From: a virus
IMG/VR virus record: IMGVR_UViG_3300036715_001865
Coordinates: 1-64,000 of that record
Length of the DNA: 64,000 bases
Reading direction: 5' to 3' (one strand)
Shown piece after piece: positions 18,384-29,133 of the stretch (its first letter is position 1; each line of letters opens with the position of its first letter). The position numbers and the translations under genes were made by a program. Under the pieces are notes generated by a model. That model was not told the DNA's origin and ran no database searches. It worked only from the letters and a program-made list of their open reading frames with translations.

Positions 18384-19448
18384 TTATAATTCGGCAGTTA
18401 GTGATAAGTCGTAAACAGCATATCCACTACTGGTTGTTGTTATAATCGCATATGCTTGAATGTGGTTAGGCCAAGTTGCTGCCATAGTCAGTGATGATGC
18501 GTTGCTATATGCAATATTGGATATACTAGGTGTGGGAGTTGCTCTCATTTGTTGGAAATTCATATCACTGTAAATTGCACCAGTACCAGCATTATATCCT
18601 GATAATAAACATCCAATATATAGTTGATAATATCGTTGACACAGTAGTAGTTCCATAGCAACTGGGCGATTGTCAAACTTGGTAGTCACAGATCCTGCTT
18701 CAAATTGGACTTGACTGATATCAAATGTACCTGACTGTTGTCCAAGTGAATCTGTTCTGGAGTCATAAGTACTACCACCATCCATCCAAATATTAATCCA
18801 CAGAGCGTGGTCTCCACTTGACCCCAATGTTTTTCCTGTGATGGACGGCACCGAAAATGTGTACGTATAGTATGTCCAATTTGTGGTAAGCCCAAATTTC
18901 TTCACTGTATTAGCTGCTACAGATCCCACTACAGGAGATGAAGGGGAACCACCAGATCCCATATATTGATACAATTCAATAGCTATATTCTTAACAGCAT
19001 CAGCTTTTGCCCAAAAAGATATAGTAGCTGACTGCCCAGATAATGTTTGTACCCCTTCAATCCGTTGTTGCAAAAATGCAACATTCCCAGCACCAGCTAC
19101 AGATGTAACAACATTTCTATAGTAATAAGTTGGGTTATTTGGAACACTTGTTTGTCCAACTGTAAACGCCTGTCTCGACACAGATTGTGTCGTACCAACA
19201 ATAACGTTAGCCCACCTATCCACACAAGTGTATCCGGTTGCAGTCCCTGTTGTGCCTCGTTGCCAGATATCAAAGTTACCATTTATTACTACATTTCTAT
19301 TTTGTATAGCGTTGTTAACATCTGTAATAGTTGCTAAAGTTCCAGTGGTAGCTGGAACTGTTAGTATGGTATTAGATGCAGAATTAACTGGTACTAAACT
19401 TACTGACCCTCCACTCGGAGATTTTAATACTAATGTTCCAGCTGCCAT
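18384..19448 (-). CDS. Tail fibre protein with carbohydrate-binding-like domain
   Basis: RNVVINGNFDIWQRG...DRW, ATISFWAK, VQFEAGS, EL.LCQRYYQ. Confidence 0.65.
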   Translation of the reverse strand: MAAGTLVLKSPSGGSVSLVPVNSASNTILTVPATTGTLATITDVNNAIQNRNVVINGNFDIWQRGTTGTATGYTCVDRWANVIVGTTQSVSRQAFTVGQTSVPNNPTYYYRNVVTSVAGAGNVAFLQQRIEGVQTLSGQSATISFWAKADAVKNIAIELYQYMGSGGSPSSPVVGSVAANTVKKFGLTTNWTYYTYTFSVPSITGKTLGSSGDHALWINIWMDGGSTYDSRTDSLGQQSGTFDISQVQFEAGSVTTKFDNRPVAMELLLCQRYYQLYIGCLLSGYNAGTGAIYSDMNFQQMRATPTPSISNIAYSNASSLTMAATWPNHIQAYAIITTTSSGYAVYDLSLTAEL

Positions 19449-19470
19449 ATTGTTACCCTTTTTGTAATAT

Positions 19471-19839
19471 TTATAATACTGTCCATACAGACCCCGTAGG
19501 AATAGTAACAGTCACACCACTGTTTATAGCTATTGGACCAGCAGTCATAGCATTTTTATTGGTGGTAATTGTATAATTAGTTGTTATTGTTATATCATTT
19601 TCGTAAAAAACTCTATCAGCACCACCACCAACAGCACCCCCGCTTGCAAAATTGTACCAAGCCCCATTCATATATCCTTCGATATATAAAGTATCAGTGT
19701 TGACCCTAAGCATACCTGCTACTGCTGATCCCCGTTGTACTGTTGTACCTGATGGAAGGATCAATGCACCCGTTCCACCAATATTAATAGTACCTGTGTT
19801 ATCAGGGGTTATTGTTTCTGTGCTATAATCAAAATCCAT
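19471..19839 (-). CDS. Small virion/fibre-associated protein
   Basis: GALILPSGTT.QR fibre motif; C-terminal FYEND.TIT.NYTI...NAM.AGP...GVTVTIP.GS.WTV. Confidence 0.55.
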   Translation of the reverse strand: MDFDYSTETITPDNTGTINIGGTGALILPSGTTVQRGSAVAGMLRVNTDTLYIEGYMNGAWYNFASGGAVGGGADRVFYENDITITTNYTITTNKNAMTAGPIAINSGVTVTIPTGSVWTVL

Positions 19840-19851
19840 ACATATTCCTTA

Positions 19852-22713
19852 TTAATTGACAACTTCTGATGTAATTACAGTAGCAACCCATCTAATAGTT
19901 TTTGATAATTCACCCGTTACTGTAACTTGTAATGCTCCATTGGTGGTATCTACCGTTACAGCAGCATCCCAAGCCACATTTGTTTCCCCTATGATTACTT
20001 TTGATACTGAACCAATTGTTGTTAATGATGCAGCTGGACCATCTTTTCTTATTGCACCCTCAAAACTATATGCAGCACCACCACCAGTAGCATCGGTTCT
20101 GCGAGCACATACCAAAATTTTAAATGTCCACACAGAATTATCAGTCACCAACAAACGCTGTGTGGCTGCAACACCGTCCATATATAATACAGTTGGGGTA
20201 TTGTTAGTAGTGATATTTCTCAAAATATACATACCAGATTGAGCATCTCCAATAGCAGTAAACTGTCCATTAGCATATGTCTTACTTCCCCACACTCTTG
20301 CATTAGACCCCTCACCAGTTGCTACAGTGTTATCAGCGGTTGCATTAGAGCCACTACCAATAGCAGCTGAATTAACACCTGCGGGATTTGGCACTGTGAC
20401 AGTAGCGGTATTCTCTTTATACAACCGCAAAAATGTTAAGTCTGCTTGTACCAATGCTCTAAATGTTGGTTGACCCGTGCTTCCATTAGGTGCAGCTAAC
20501 ACTTTACCAGTTGTTTGTGTTTGAAGGGTTAGTGTTAGTGTTCCTGTTGTAGTGACAGGTGAATTAGTCACGTTAAATATTGGAGATGTAGAAGCATCTG
20601 TCAATCCAACACTGGTTACTGTACCAACATTACCTGTTGTGTACACCGAATCCCAGGATGCAGCTGTTGTACCGGAATTTACCACACAAACCACATAAGC
20701 AGATGAATTTGGAGCAATAGTTTGGACTGTGTCCCCACCTGACGATTGAACCGTAAGCACTCCAGTACTTCTATTGATAATGGTATATGAATGTCCAGGA
20801 GTAAGTGCTGCAGTCAAAGGAAGCACCACAGTTTCAGATAGCGTTCCAGTATATTCTCGTATAGAAGGACTTTCCACAAATAAAGGTGAAGTGCCACCGG
20901 TTGTAGGAGACGAACTTAAATTACATACAAAATTGTTAGCAAATGCATTCCCATTTAAATTTCTCTGCATCAACGTATTAATGGTTGGAGTTATTGCAAC
21001 ACCAGTACCTGAAGATATACCATTTATAACTGGAGTAGTTAATGATGGTGAAGTCATAACTTGTACCCCAGTAAAGGTTTGTCCAGCATCTGTTCTCGCT
21101 ATTGATGCATTTGCAGATGGAAAAGTCATAGTAGTACCATCTGTACCACTTAATGCAATTGAATTATTAACCGTGAGAGTTTTCCCTGCACCAAGGGTCA
21201 ATGTGCCAGTTCCAGTGGTGATGGTATTCCCATTTACACTTGTTGGAGTAATAGCTCCTAATACTAACGTAATAGCTGGTGTAGATGTTGAAGTTGCAAC
21301 AGTTCCTGATACACCATTGGCAGTTGTAATGGAAACGTCAGATACAGTTCCTATATCTGCCCAAGCTATGTTGGAACTCCATCTTAACTTATTAGTAGTG
21401 GTATCATACCTTACTTTTCCTCCACCCGCAGCTGGTTCTGTGCCTGTGATGCCCGATACTACAGTCATAGCTCCAACACCAGGCAAAACCACATCACTTG
21501 CAATAGATGCAATAATAGAATTTGGAGAATTTGAAATAGTTATTTGATTAGTTGACCCACTTACGGTTTTATACTCAACTGAACCAGCTGCATTATTCAT
21601 CCCCATTAATTGGTTAGCTGTTCCATATGTTGACAACCCTGATATAGTGAAATTACTTCCACCTGTTACCAACAGTGGTAAAGATGCTGTGTATGTTCCT
21701 GCACCTGAGAACTGTGTAAATGTTATATCATCAGTACCAAATTGAATATCATCATTTGTGCCTGTTCCTATTGCTGTTTCCACCCAACCAGATTTAAGTA
21801 AAGTAGTACCTTCAGATACAAAAACAAATGAACCCGCTCTTGCCTCCCCTGGAATGCTATTATCATAATCCCCTGCTCTGGTTAATACCCAAGAGGTTGA
21901 AATTGAACCGACATTAGTAACAATATATATACCATTTTGTTTCGGGTCAACTTGGTTCTTAATTAATACCCTTGCACCAACAGGGGCGGAATAAGAGTCA
22001 ATAGAAAATACAGATAGTGTGCCATTATTCGTTAATGTTGCCCCTACCCCAGCAGTTCCGTTGTTGTATAACGCAACATAGGCAACAATTGATGCTGACT
22101 CTACGGCTGTATGTATTAATAGTCCTGAGGCACTAGCATCCACATAGGCTTTTGATGCAGCATCGGTGCTATTAACTGGTTGTGTTGGCAACCCTGTGAT
22201 TGTTCCACCACCTGACATAGTGATTGTACCTCCACTAACCATAGATCCACCTGATAATGGTAAATATATACTACCTAAACTAGGTATATCAGTAGATACT
22301 AATGCTCTAAAGGACGGTTGACCAGTACTTCCATTAGGAGCAGCAAATACTTGATTAGCTAATTGAGTGTTTAGTGTCATGGTTAATGACCCTGAACTAA
22401 CTATAGGTGAATTAGTAATGGTGTATATAGGTAACACTGAACTATCCAACAACCCAACACTAGTTACTGTCCCACCAGTAGATAAATCGGCCCAGACAGA
22501 ATTATTACTCCATCTAAGTTTATTTGTATCAGAGTCATATCTAATTTGTCCAATTCCTACGATTGGCTGCTGTGCTGTTGTACCTACTGGTATTTTTAAG
22601 GCACCTGTCCCAATTATAGTAAGGGAATTTGAAGCACTTCCCAACAGTGGGGCAATTGTAGTATCTAGGGTAGACAGGGTGTCTATAATGCCCAAATCGT
22701 GGTCATAATTCAT
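19852..22713 (-). CDS. Long tail-fibre-like protein
   Basis: DA..K.YVD fibre motif, RVLIK.Q..P.QNGIY domain, internal duplications; C-terminus shared with the next gene. Confidence 0.7.
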   Translation of the reverse strand: MNYDHDLGIIDTLSTLDTTIAPLLGSASNSLTIIGTGALKIPVGTTAQQPIVGIGQIRYDSDTNKLRWSNNSVWADLSTGGTVTSVGLLDSSVLPIYTITNSPIVSSGSLTMTLNTQLANQVFAAPNGSTGQPSFRALVSTDIPSLGSIYLPLSGGSMVSGGTITMSGGGTITGLPTQPVNSTDAASKAYVDASASGLLIHTAVESASIVAYVALYNNGTAGVGATLTNNGTLSVFSIDSYSAPVGARVLIKNQVDPKQNGIYIVTNVGSISTSWVLTRAGDYDNSIPGEARAGSFVFVSEGTTLLKSGWVETAIGTGTNDDIQFGTDDITFTQFSGAGTYTASLPLLVTGGSNFTISGLSTYGTANQLMGMNNAAGSVEYKTVSGSTNQITISNSPNSIIASIASDVVLPGVGAMTVVSGITGTEPAAGGGKVRYDTTTNKLRWSSNIAWADIGTVSDVSITTANGVSGTVATSTSTPAITLVLGAITPTSVNGNTITTGTGTLTLGAGKTLTVNNSIALSGTDGTTMTFPSANASIARTDAGQTFTGVQVMTSPSLTTPVINGISSGTGVAITPTINTLMQRNLNGNAFANNFVCNLSSSPTTGGTSPLFVESPSIREYTGTLSETVVLPLTAALTPGHSYTIINRSTGVLTVQSSGGDTVQTIAPNSSAYVVCVVNSGTTAASWDSVYTTGNVGTVTSVGLTDASTSPIFNVTNSPVTTTGTLTLTLQTQTTGKVLAAPNGSTGQPTFRALVQADLTFLRLYKENTATVTVPNPAGVNSAAIGSGSNATADNTVATGEGSNARVWGSKTYANGQFTAIGDAQSGMYILRNITTNNTPTVLYMDGVAATQRLLVTDNSVWTFKILVCARRTDATGGGAAYSFEGAIRKDGPAASLTTIGSVSKVIIGETNVAWDAAVTVDTTNGALQVTVTGELSKTIRWVATVITSEVVN

Positions 22714-22756
22714 TATATTGTTCCTTTTATAGTATTATTGGGTATTTATGGAATTG

Positions 22757-23401
22757 TTAGTTGGTAACTTCAACAGTATCCACAGTTGCTACCCATCGAA
22801 TCGTTTTTCCTGTTTGTCCAATGCAAGTTATCTGTAATGAACCATTAATTGGATTCGCGTGCAACTTTACACCCCACAAAAAGTTATTTCGAGCAATTAC
22901 TTCAATAGATGGACGACCCTGAAAAGAAACAGATGCAGCACCTGCCACTCGATATATAACACCCGAAAAAACAAAACCAGCATGCCCATCAGTATTATCT
23001 GTCCTGTGACCTGTTACCATTCCTTTGAAGGTCCAAGTAGAGTCATCTGGTAATATAAGAGACTCTGTGCCATTAGTTCCATCAATAAACAATTCCGTTT
23101 CTACTGAATTTGTTGTGTGAGATCGTAACAGATACTTACCTACCTGAGCATCTCCAGATGAAGCAAACCTACCACCAGCTAACATCATACTATTTGGAAG
23201 ACGGGCAACTGACTGCTCTCCAATTGCAATAGAATTTGTTCCACTTATACTTGTATTAGCTCCAGAACCAATTGCAACAGAATTTACCCCCAATGCTGTA
23301 GGCACGATAGGCCCTACAGGATTTTCTGCATATAATATAAGATTAGAGGAACTACCAGTTCCTCCAGCACCACTTGTTGACCTAGCTACCAAAATACCCA
23401 T
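22757..23401 (-). CDS. Protein paralogous to the C-terminal domain of 19852..22713 (probable start MGILV at 23401)
   Basis: Both end KTIRWVATV.T.EV.N; RBS GGAG precedes ATG 23401; late promoter at 23425-23432. Confidence 0.65.
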   Translation of the reverse strand: MGILVARSTSGAGGTGSSSNLILYAENPVGPIVPTALGVNSVAIGSGANTSISGTNSIAIGEQSVARLPNSMMLAGGRFASSGDAQVGKYLLRSHTTNSVETELFIDGTNGTESLILPDDSTWTFKGMVTGHRTDNTDGHAGFVFSGVIYRVAGAASVSFQGRPSIEVIARNNFLWGVKLHANPINGSLQITCIGQTGKTIRWVATVDTVEVTN

Positions 23402-23482
23402 TGAATACTCCATTTCATATAATGTATTTATACACAATTTTTTATAATAAATACAACACAAACAAATAGTAGAGCTAGATAT

Positions 23483-24061
23483 ATGTCAAACAAAATAATT
23501 ACAGTTCATTTTACCTCTGTAGGAGTTCCGTGCATTGGACTCACTCCAACAATTTACATCTATGAATTGGATGCAACAGATCCAACTATTAATACGTTAA
23601 TTATTTCAGGGGGCACTACCCATGAAATTGGACAAGGTTGGTATAGATACGAATTTACCTCATACAACTTAACAAAAAATTATGTATATACATTTGACGG
23701 AGGAAGTGTGTTGTCTGTTGGAGATAGATATAAGATTGGAGGGAATGAGAGTTATATTGAGGATATATCTTCAGGAGTGTGGGACGAACCACTTGCTTCA
23801 CATTTGATATCAGGGTCTTCTGGATTCACACTAACTCAAGTTAAATCAGATTCTAGTTCGTTGATGATCAGTCAAGTTGCTATTACATCTTTGGTGAACA
23901 CAATGCTGAAGTATGAACGAAATCGAACAAAAATTAATACAACAAATTCAACTCTAACCATTTACGATGATGATGGAACTACACCATTAACTATATTCCA
24001 ATTAAAAGATCACCTTGGACAACCTAGTATTAGTGAAATATGTGAACGATTACCTGGATAA
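23483..24061 (+). CDS. Hypothetical (probably virion) protein
   Basis: 192 aa with E.G.G.Y.Y.F and VWDE motifs; part of a plus-strand trio inside the late cluster. Confidence 0.7.
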   Translation: MSNKIITVHFTSVGVPCIGLTPTIYIYELDATDPTINTLIISGGTTHEIGQGWYRYEFTSYNLTKNYVYTFDGGSVLSVGDRYKIGGNESYIEDISSGVWDEPLASHLISGSSGFTLTQVKSDSSSLMISQVAITSLVNTMLKYERNRTKINTTNSTLTIYDDDGTTPLTIFQLKDHLGQPSISEICERLPG

Positions 24062-24121
24062 TCACAGGCTCCACACAATACATAAATACTTATCTATAAA
24101 TTATAAAAAGGGGCGGATGTA

Positions 24122-24523
24122 ATGACTGAATGTGGACCTATTTGTTGTTCTATTATTGTAGGTCGATTCGGACTAGGCTGTTCACCCATAACAACTAAGT
24201 TTGATATTAATATAGGGTGTGGACCCATTGTTATACCTCCTACTCCTCCAGCTAATGGTGGAAGCGGTGGTGGTGGATCAGTTACTCACGGCGGGTTTTA
24301 TGTTCCTCTCACCCAGAAACTAAAACAAACCAATAGAACTGTGTTAATATCTATCAAATTTACACCTGATATAAGTTGGAGGAAACTAGTTGCTGTGGAT
24401 ATGGCAGCTCCAACCATATCAGTAAACATTAATAATATCACTTCTGGATTATATACACCAGTTGTAGAAATAAATGGAGTGGCTAGTACAACGATTTCTG
24501 TATCCACCTCTTTCAATACCTAA
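24122..24523 (+). CDS. Hypothetical protein
   Basis: CATAAATA late-type promoter at 24081-24088; 133 aa. Confidence 0.6.
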   Translation: MTECGPICCSIIVGRFGLGCSPITTKFDINIGCGPIVIPPTPPANGGSGGGGSVTHGGFYVPLTQKLKQTNRTVLISIKFTPDISWRKLVAVDMAAPTISVNINNITSGLYTPVVEINGVASTTISVSTSFNT

Positions 24524-24554
24524 ATATTTGCATATACAAAACAAGGAATTTACC

Positions 24555-25406
24555 ATGGCAAATGAACAAATAAGAATAAACCCATCAAAACCATCTACTT
24601 TGGAGTTTGATGTTGCTATATCCGGACTAGATAAAGTAGTTCCATCAGTACGATTTGTATTAAAAAATGTGTACGAAAATGTGGATTGGACGGTATCTTG
24701 CACTAAATTAAGCAATAATAAGTGGCAAGCAGCATTTCCAACATTCAAAAACTTTAAATTGTCACAATGTAAATTTTGGGTTGAAGTAATGATTGATGAA
24801 TTTTATTTTAGGCCTGCTGAAGGTATTATTGAGTTCGTTAACACCCCGGACGTATCATTCACTGGAAAAACTACCAAAAAACCATCTGTAACAACCTCTT
24901 TTTCTCAAAAAACAACTAAGAAGAAAATCACAGAATCATCTGGTGGACCAGAAGTTACAGGACAATATGCTCCTACTAATGGATTATTACACCCTGAAGA
25001 AAATCCTGAATTTACACAAAGTACAGTAAAAGTAGCAAAACATGATTTAAATGATCAACACATTGACCAATCAAAATTAGAAGACATTACCGATACTCCA
25101 CCAACTCCTGGGACAGGACATCCATACGCGGAAATAGAGCCCGAAGATTTTGATATTGGGGATGAAGATTCAGACACTGACAATAATGAAGTTGAATACG
25201 AAACTCATATAGCGTTCGACCCATCAAAAGTGGCAGAAGATATTTTATCTACCACAATTGGAAGTTCAACTAAACCAAATACAAGAGGGTCCTTATTTAA
25301 AAGAGATTCAGACGGTAAAGCTATTGTGCCAGGTCTTGAAAGTGATAAACAAAAACAAGAAAGATACGATAAAAGTCAAACTGTGCGAGATATAATCAAA
25401 CATTAA
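24555..25406 (+). CDS. Hypothetical protein with beta-sandwich N-terminus and acidic tail (probable start MANEQ)
   Basis: AAGGA RBS before ATG 24555. Confidence 0.7.
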   Translation: MANEQIRINPSKPSTLEFDVAISGLDKVVPSVRFVLKNVYENVDWTVSCTKLSNNKWQAAFPTFKNFKLSQCKFWVEVMIDEFYFRPAEGIIEFVNTPDVSFTGKTTKKPSVTTSFSQKTTKKKITESSGGPEVTGQYAPTNGLLHPEENPEFTQSTVKVAKHDLNDQHIDQSKLEDITDTPPTPGTGHPYAEIEPEDFDIGDEDSDTDNNEVEYETHIAFDPSKVAEDILSTTIGSSTKPNTRGSLFKRDSDGKAIVPGLESDKQKQERYDKSQTVRDIIKH

Positions 25407-25412
25407 TCACAG

Positions 25413-25940
25413 TTAACGCACCAAACCTATTTTTCGTAAATCCCCAATAGCAGCCATAACATGTTTGCACATACCTGGCACTTTATTGGGGTTCACTTCT
25501 GGTCTATTTGTAGTTTTTCTTATGTATCTAGGTGGAATAGGGCCGACATGACAATCATTGTTTATATTATAATTAGCAAATCTAAAGATGTAATCTGGAC
25601 AATCACACGATACTCCAACATATGACGTGTTAAGTGATACTGGAGTGATAGATATTTGTTGTCCATCTGTGCTTGTTACTTCCACACCACCATCAACCGC
25701 GCCAAATTCAACACCTCTTAACTCAACAATAACCTTGTGAGCATGACCATTATTAGATGCTGTATCAGCATTTACTCTAAGAATTTGTTTTGACTTGTGT
25801 CGGAATGGTGTATATGTGATATTATCTATTTTTACTGACCCAACATCATTTTGTCGCTTAGTGGTGCCAGGGAAGCCAGTTACAACTGATTGTTGTAACT
25901 GTGCTAAAGTTTGTTTTTCAAATAAATCAACTAATTTCAT
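25413..25940 (-). CDS. SWIM-type zinc-finger protein
   Basis: VSCDCPD(x)...MCKH, a CxC...CxH pattern. Confidence 0.7.
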   Translation of the reverse strand: MKLVDLFEKQTLAQLQQSVVTGFPGTTKRQNDVGSVKIDNITYTPFRHKSKQILRVNADTASNNGHAHKVIVELRGVEFGAVDGGVEVTSTDGQQISITPVSLNTSYVGVSCDCPDYIFRFANYNINNDCHVGPIPPRYIRKTTNRPEVNPNKVPGMCKHVMAAIGDLRKIGLVR

Positions 25941-25993
25941 TGTAGGTCCAAGTTATAATGTATTATTTATACATTACGACTTGTGTGAAATAA

Positions 25994-26500
25994 TTATTCG
26001 TACTCAATAGGAATTAAGTCAGGGGTAACTATTTCATCAAACCCTTCAACTAATGTTGGGTATTTGTAACTTTCATATTGTTGAATCACTGAACGATCAG
26101 GTATACACTTATCCCCTCGAGTACTCTGTCTACTAATCAACTCATCCAACTCCACGTCAAATTTTATACCCACAATCAAATATCCAGCCTTTTTGGCCGC
26201 ATCAATAAAAGGTTTTCTTCTTTTAGGAGTCAAGTTGGTATTGTCAACAAATACATCAGATTGACTTTGGATATGTTTATTAAACTCATCCCAGGCTCTG
26301 GACATAAATGTAGGATCTTCGCCAGCAAGTTTCCAAGCTCTATTGTAATCGGTTGGATCATACCAATCCAACCGAAGGTTATCCCAAGAAAAATGAGCAA
26401 TAGATGGTATCAGATTATTCAACATTTCAAATGTTGTAGATTTTCCTGAACCAGATGGTCCTGCTGCTATGTATAATACTGGTTGTATAGTAAGTGCCAT
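25994..26500 (-). CDS. P-loop kinase (polynucleotide-kinase / AAA_33-like)
   Basis: GPSGSGKST, VDNTNL...R, R..RG lid motif. Confidence 0.8.
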   Translation of the reverse strand: MALTIQPVLYIAAGPSGSGKSTTFEMLNNLIPSIAHFSWDNLRLDWYDPTDYNRAWKLAGEDPTFMSRAWDEFNKHIQSQSDVFVDNTNLTPKRRKPFIDAAKKAGYLIVGIKFDVELDELISRQSTRGDKCIPDRSVIQQYESYKYPTLVEGFDEIVTPDLIPIEYE

Positions 26501-26527
26501 TTATAATTCTCCATTTTATAAATTGAT

Positions 26528-26556
26528 ATTATACAACAACACTTTATTCAAATCAA
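26528..26556 (-). promoter_or_regulatory. Sigma70-type early promoter TTGATT-17-TATAAT for the kinase
   Basis: -35 at 26551-26556, -10 at 26528-26533. Confidence 0.7.
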
Positions 26557-26560
26557 CGTT

Positions 26561-28132
26561 TTAACCCATAAGCATATAATCTGGCTCATAACTAGTTTCC
26601 CAAGCATCTACCCCACTATTATTCATATATGCGTGTACATATAATTTATTATATGCAGCCTGTTCAAATGTTGCTATCTCTTCTAATATACGAGACACTA
26701 TTAATGTGGCAGATATTAAGTCATCTGTTCCTCCAATTTTTGCAGCATATGCATTACCCTTTCTAACATACTGCTTCATTTCACCTACTAACACCTTCGA
26801 CTTTATAGTCATATTGTTTCGCTCAACCATTTCTTTCACTGCTAAACAGGCTTTCATTTTTGATTTACCAGTGGTGGCCATTCCTTTACGCTTTGCCCCA
26901 TCTTCAGAAATGAATTCAGCTGTCTCAGGTGGACGATCATCAGCTTCAAATAACGCAATAATACCTTCACCTACACCATTATTTTCCACAGAAAAATATA
27001 CTGTTGATTGAGCCTTTTCATATATTGCTAATATTTTTTTCAATTGGTGGTAAGCTTGTACAGAAGATAATGTGTTTGATCTCCACTCTGCTACTTGAAC
27101 CATCCCTGGAAAATCAAATACTACAAATGAAGTATAATCTTCGCCTGTTCCTGTAGCTGGATCCATCCCCAATATATAAGTACCATTTTGTACTGGTGGT
27201 GAAAAGAATATAATGTCACTAATAGTCCCATATGGACGAATACGTTGTATATCTTTAGTAATACCTTGCATAATTACAGTATCAAACAACAATGGATCAC
27301 TTGAAATAAATTCACACAGATATTCCTGTCTCCATTTGATGTCGCCAATTTTTGCAATTTCTTGCTTTTGAAATGTCTCATCTCGACCTGGAGGCTCATC
27401 CCAAGCAACAAACACTGGAGTAAATCCATTGGTTCCAACTTCAGTATCAACATCCGAATCCATTGGAATGGATGCGCCTCTCCACAATTGTGCAAATAAA
27501 TTACTATCTCCATTTGGAGTAGATGCAATTATACAAGATCCTCCTGTTGCCAACGTAGGTGCCATAGATGTCCAAAAGGCTTCTTGTACTTGGTCTCTAA
27601 CAAAAGCAAACTCATCCAAGAACAGTAATGATATAGATAAACCACGACCAGAGTTTTCTGAAGTTGCTGTTGAAATAATACGAGAACCATTATCAAATCC
27701 GATAGCATGTTTGTTATACCCATCATCATTTAAACCTGGTTTTAACCAATGTGGCAAATGTTCATACATGAATTTGATACGTAATATCATCTCCATTGCA
27801 TTATCATTTTTATTTGAAGCAATCAAAACAGTTTTATCAAAGTGGAATATAGCAAACCACAACAAAAATGCTGATGATACTTGAGACTTACCTACCTGAC
27901 GAGACGCTAATGTAATAACTAGTTTGTTTTCTTGGAATGCAGTTAACATCCTTTCTTGATAAGGATATAATGCAAATGGAATGTTACCCCGTACAGGGTG
28001 TTGAATTTGACAATAATGTTTGATAAAATATATAGCACTTTCAGAACATCGTCTTAATTCAGTTATTTGGTCTATATTATATTCATGTTGTTCGTTTGCT
28101 TTTTTTAAAAATGGATTCTTACTTGAGGCCAT
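26561..28132 (-). CDS. gp17: Terminase large subunit
   Basis: [13 protein letters not shown] Walker [10 protein letters not shown] Walker B, STPNG, nuclease GMDPATG and DDLISA. Confidence 0.95.
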   Translation of the reverse strand: MASSKNPFLKKANEQHEYNIDQITELRRCSESAIYFIKHYCQIQHPVRGNIPFALYPYQERMLTAFQENKLVITLASRQVGKSQVSSAFLLWFAIFHFDKTVLIASNKNDNAMEMILRIKFMYEHLPHWLKPGLNDDGYNKHAIGFDNGSRIISTATSENSGRGLSISLLFLDEFAFVRDQVQEAFWTSMAPTLATGGSCIIASTPNGDSNLFAQLWRGASIPMDSDVDTEVGTNGFTPVFVAWDEPPGRDETFQKQEIAKIGDIKWRQEYLCEFISSDPLLFDTVIMQGITKDIQRIRPYGTISDIIFFSPPVQNGTYILGMDPATGTGEDYTSFVVFDFPGMVQVAEWRSNTLSSVQAYHQLKKILAIYEKAQSTVYFSVENNGVGEGIIALFEADDRPPETAEFISEDGAKRKGMATTGKSKMKACLAVKEMVERNNMTIKSKVLVGEMKQYVRKGNAYAAKIGGTDDLISATLIVSRILEEIATFEQAAYNKLYVHAYMNNSGVDAWETSYEPDYMLMG

Positions 28133-28196
28133 TTAGTATCTCCTACATAGTTATTACCATATTTATTACTAAAAATCAAGGAGATACCCAATTGCA

Positions 28197-28646
28197 CTAT
28201 TTACTATCGATCACTGGAGCCATAAACGCTCTTAGTAGTTCATTTCGGTCAGCTAACACACTGTCACCCATAATTAGAGTATTGTTTATAGTTCCAGTAT
28301 TTTTATTAGGAGTAAGTTTGTCTTTGTGTTCTTTCATCATTCTACGCTCTCTGGTTGCACCCAATGCAACACTTAACATTGTTGCAGTCACTTCGCCCAC
28401 CCGAGCTTTATATTTTCCTTCGACCATATCCATAGTATCTGCAATGTTTAACACTTGTCCCATGGCGGTATTGTAAATCTCTTCTAGGTTGCCTTCTATC
28501 TCATTATCTTTTTCATCATAATCAATGGCTGGAGTTAATTCAACCGGAACAACTTCTCTATATTCAGCGACTGTAGTACCAACTTCAATTCCAAATACAT
28601 CCTCCAATGGATGAGCAATTGTTTTTTCTTTTGCTATAATGTTCAT
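28197..28646 (-). CDS. Probable terminase small subunit
   Basis: Helical 149-aa ORF directly upstream of the large terminase; ends with the NNTLI...DRNELL motif. Confidence 0.6.
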   Translation of the reverse strand: MNIIAKEKTIAHPLEDVFGIEVGTTVAEYREVVPVELTPAIDYDEKDNEIEGNLEEIYNTAMGQVLNIADTMDMVEGKYKARVGEVTATMLSVALGATRERRMMKEHKDKLTPNKNTGTINNTLIMGDSVLADRNELLRAFMAPVIDSK

Positions 28647-28690
28647 AATATTTACCCTGTTTAGTATAACCGTATTTATACCTATAATTT

Positions 28691-29131
28691 TTAACGAAAA
28701 ATGTCACCTTCAGATATTACCCGAAATGTCATATGATGTTGCTTACACCAAGCTGTTGCTGCTTCCCACTTAGCTTGATTAACAGCATATGTTAGATTTT
28801 CATACAATTTTGTCTTCGGATTCTTTGATTTCGATATTTTTGTTTGGGCTAAAGGCTTAACTTCAATCAACTCTCGTAATACCTCCCCATCCTTATTAAC
28901 ATATTCAATCCAATAATCCGGATAATAATGATGTATCTTTCTATCTGTGGGTTTGATATATGGAATTTTTATTTCTTCACTTGCCCACCGCAAAATTCTG
29001 GGATTAGTATCAAAAAAAGTATGTGTTGACAACTCCCAACTGGACATATACCGAATCTTAGTTACATCACCAATATACTTATCTGGGTGTTTAGGGGTAT
29101 AATAGCCCTGTACAAATCTACTTTTAGCCAT
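28691..29131 (-). CDS. gp4: Head completion nuclease (T4 gp4/gp50, TnsA-like)
   Basis: QG.YTPKHP.KYIGD...YMSSWE...WASEE..IPY......YYPDY...EVKP..QT. Confidence 0.85.
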   Translation of the reverse strand: MAKSRFVQGYYTPKHPDKYIGDVTKIRYMSSWELSTHTFFDTNPRILRWASEEIKIPYIKPTDRKIHHYYPDYWIEYVNKDGEVLRELIEVKPLAQTKISKSKNPKTKLYENLTYAVNQAKWEAATAWCKQHHMTFRVISEGDIFR

Positions 29132-29133
29132 AA

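Noticed and set aside
28691-29131. Tn7-like transposon (TnsA)
   Set aside because: This is the standard T4 head-completion nuclease next to the terminase; no TnsB/C genes are present.
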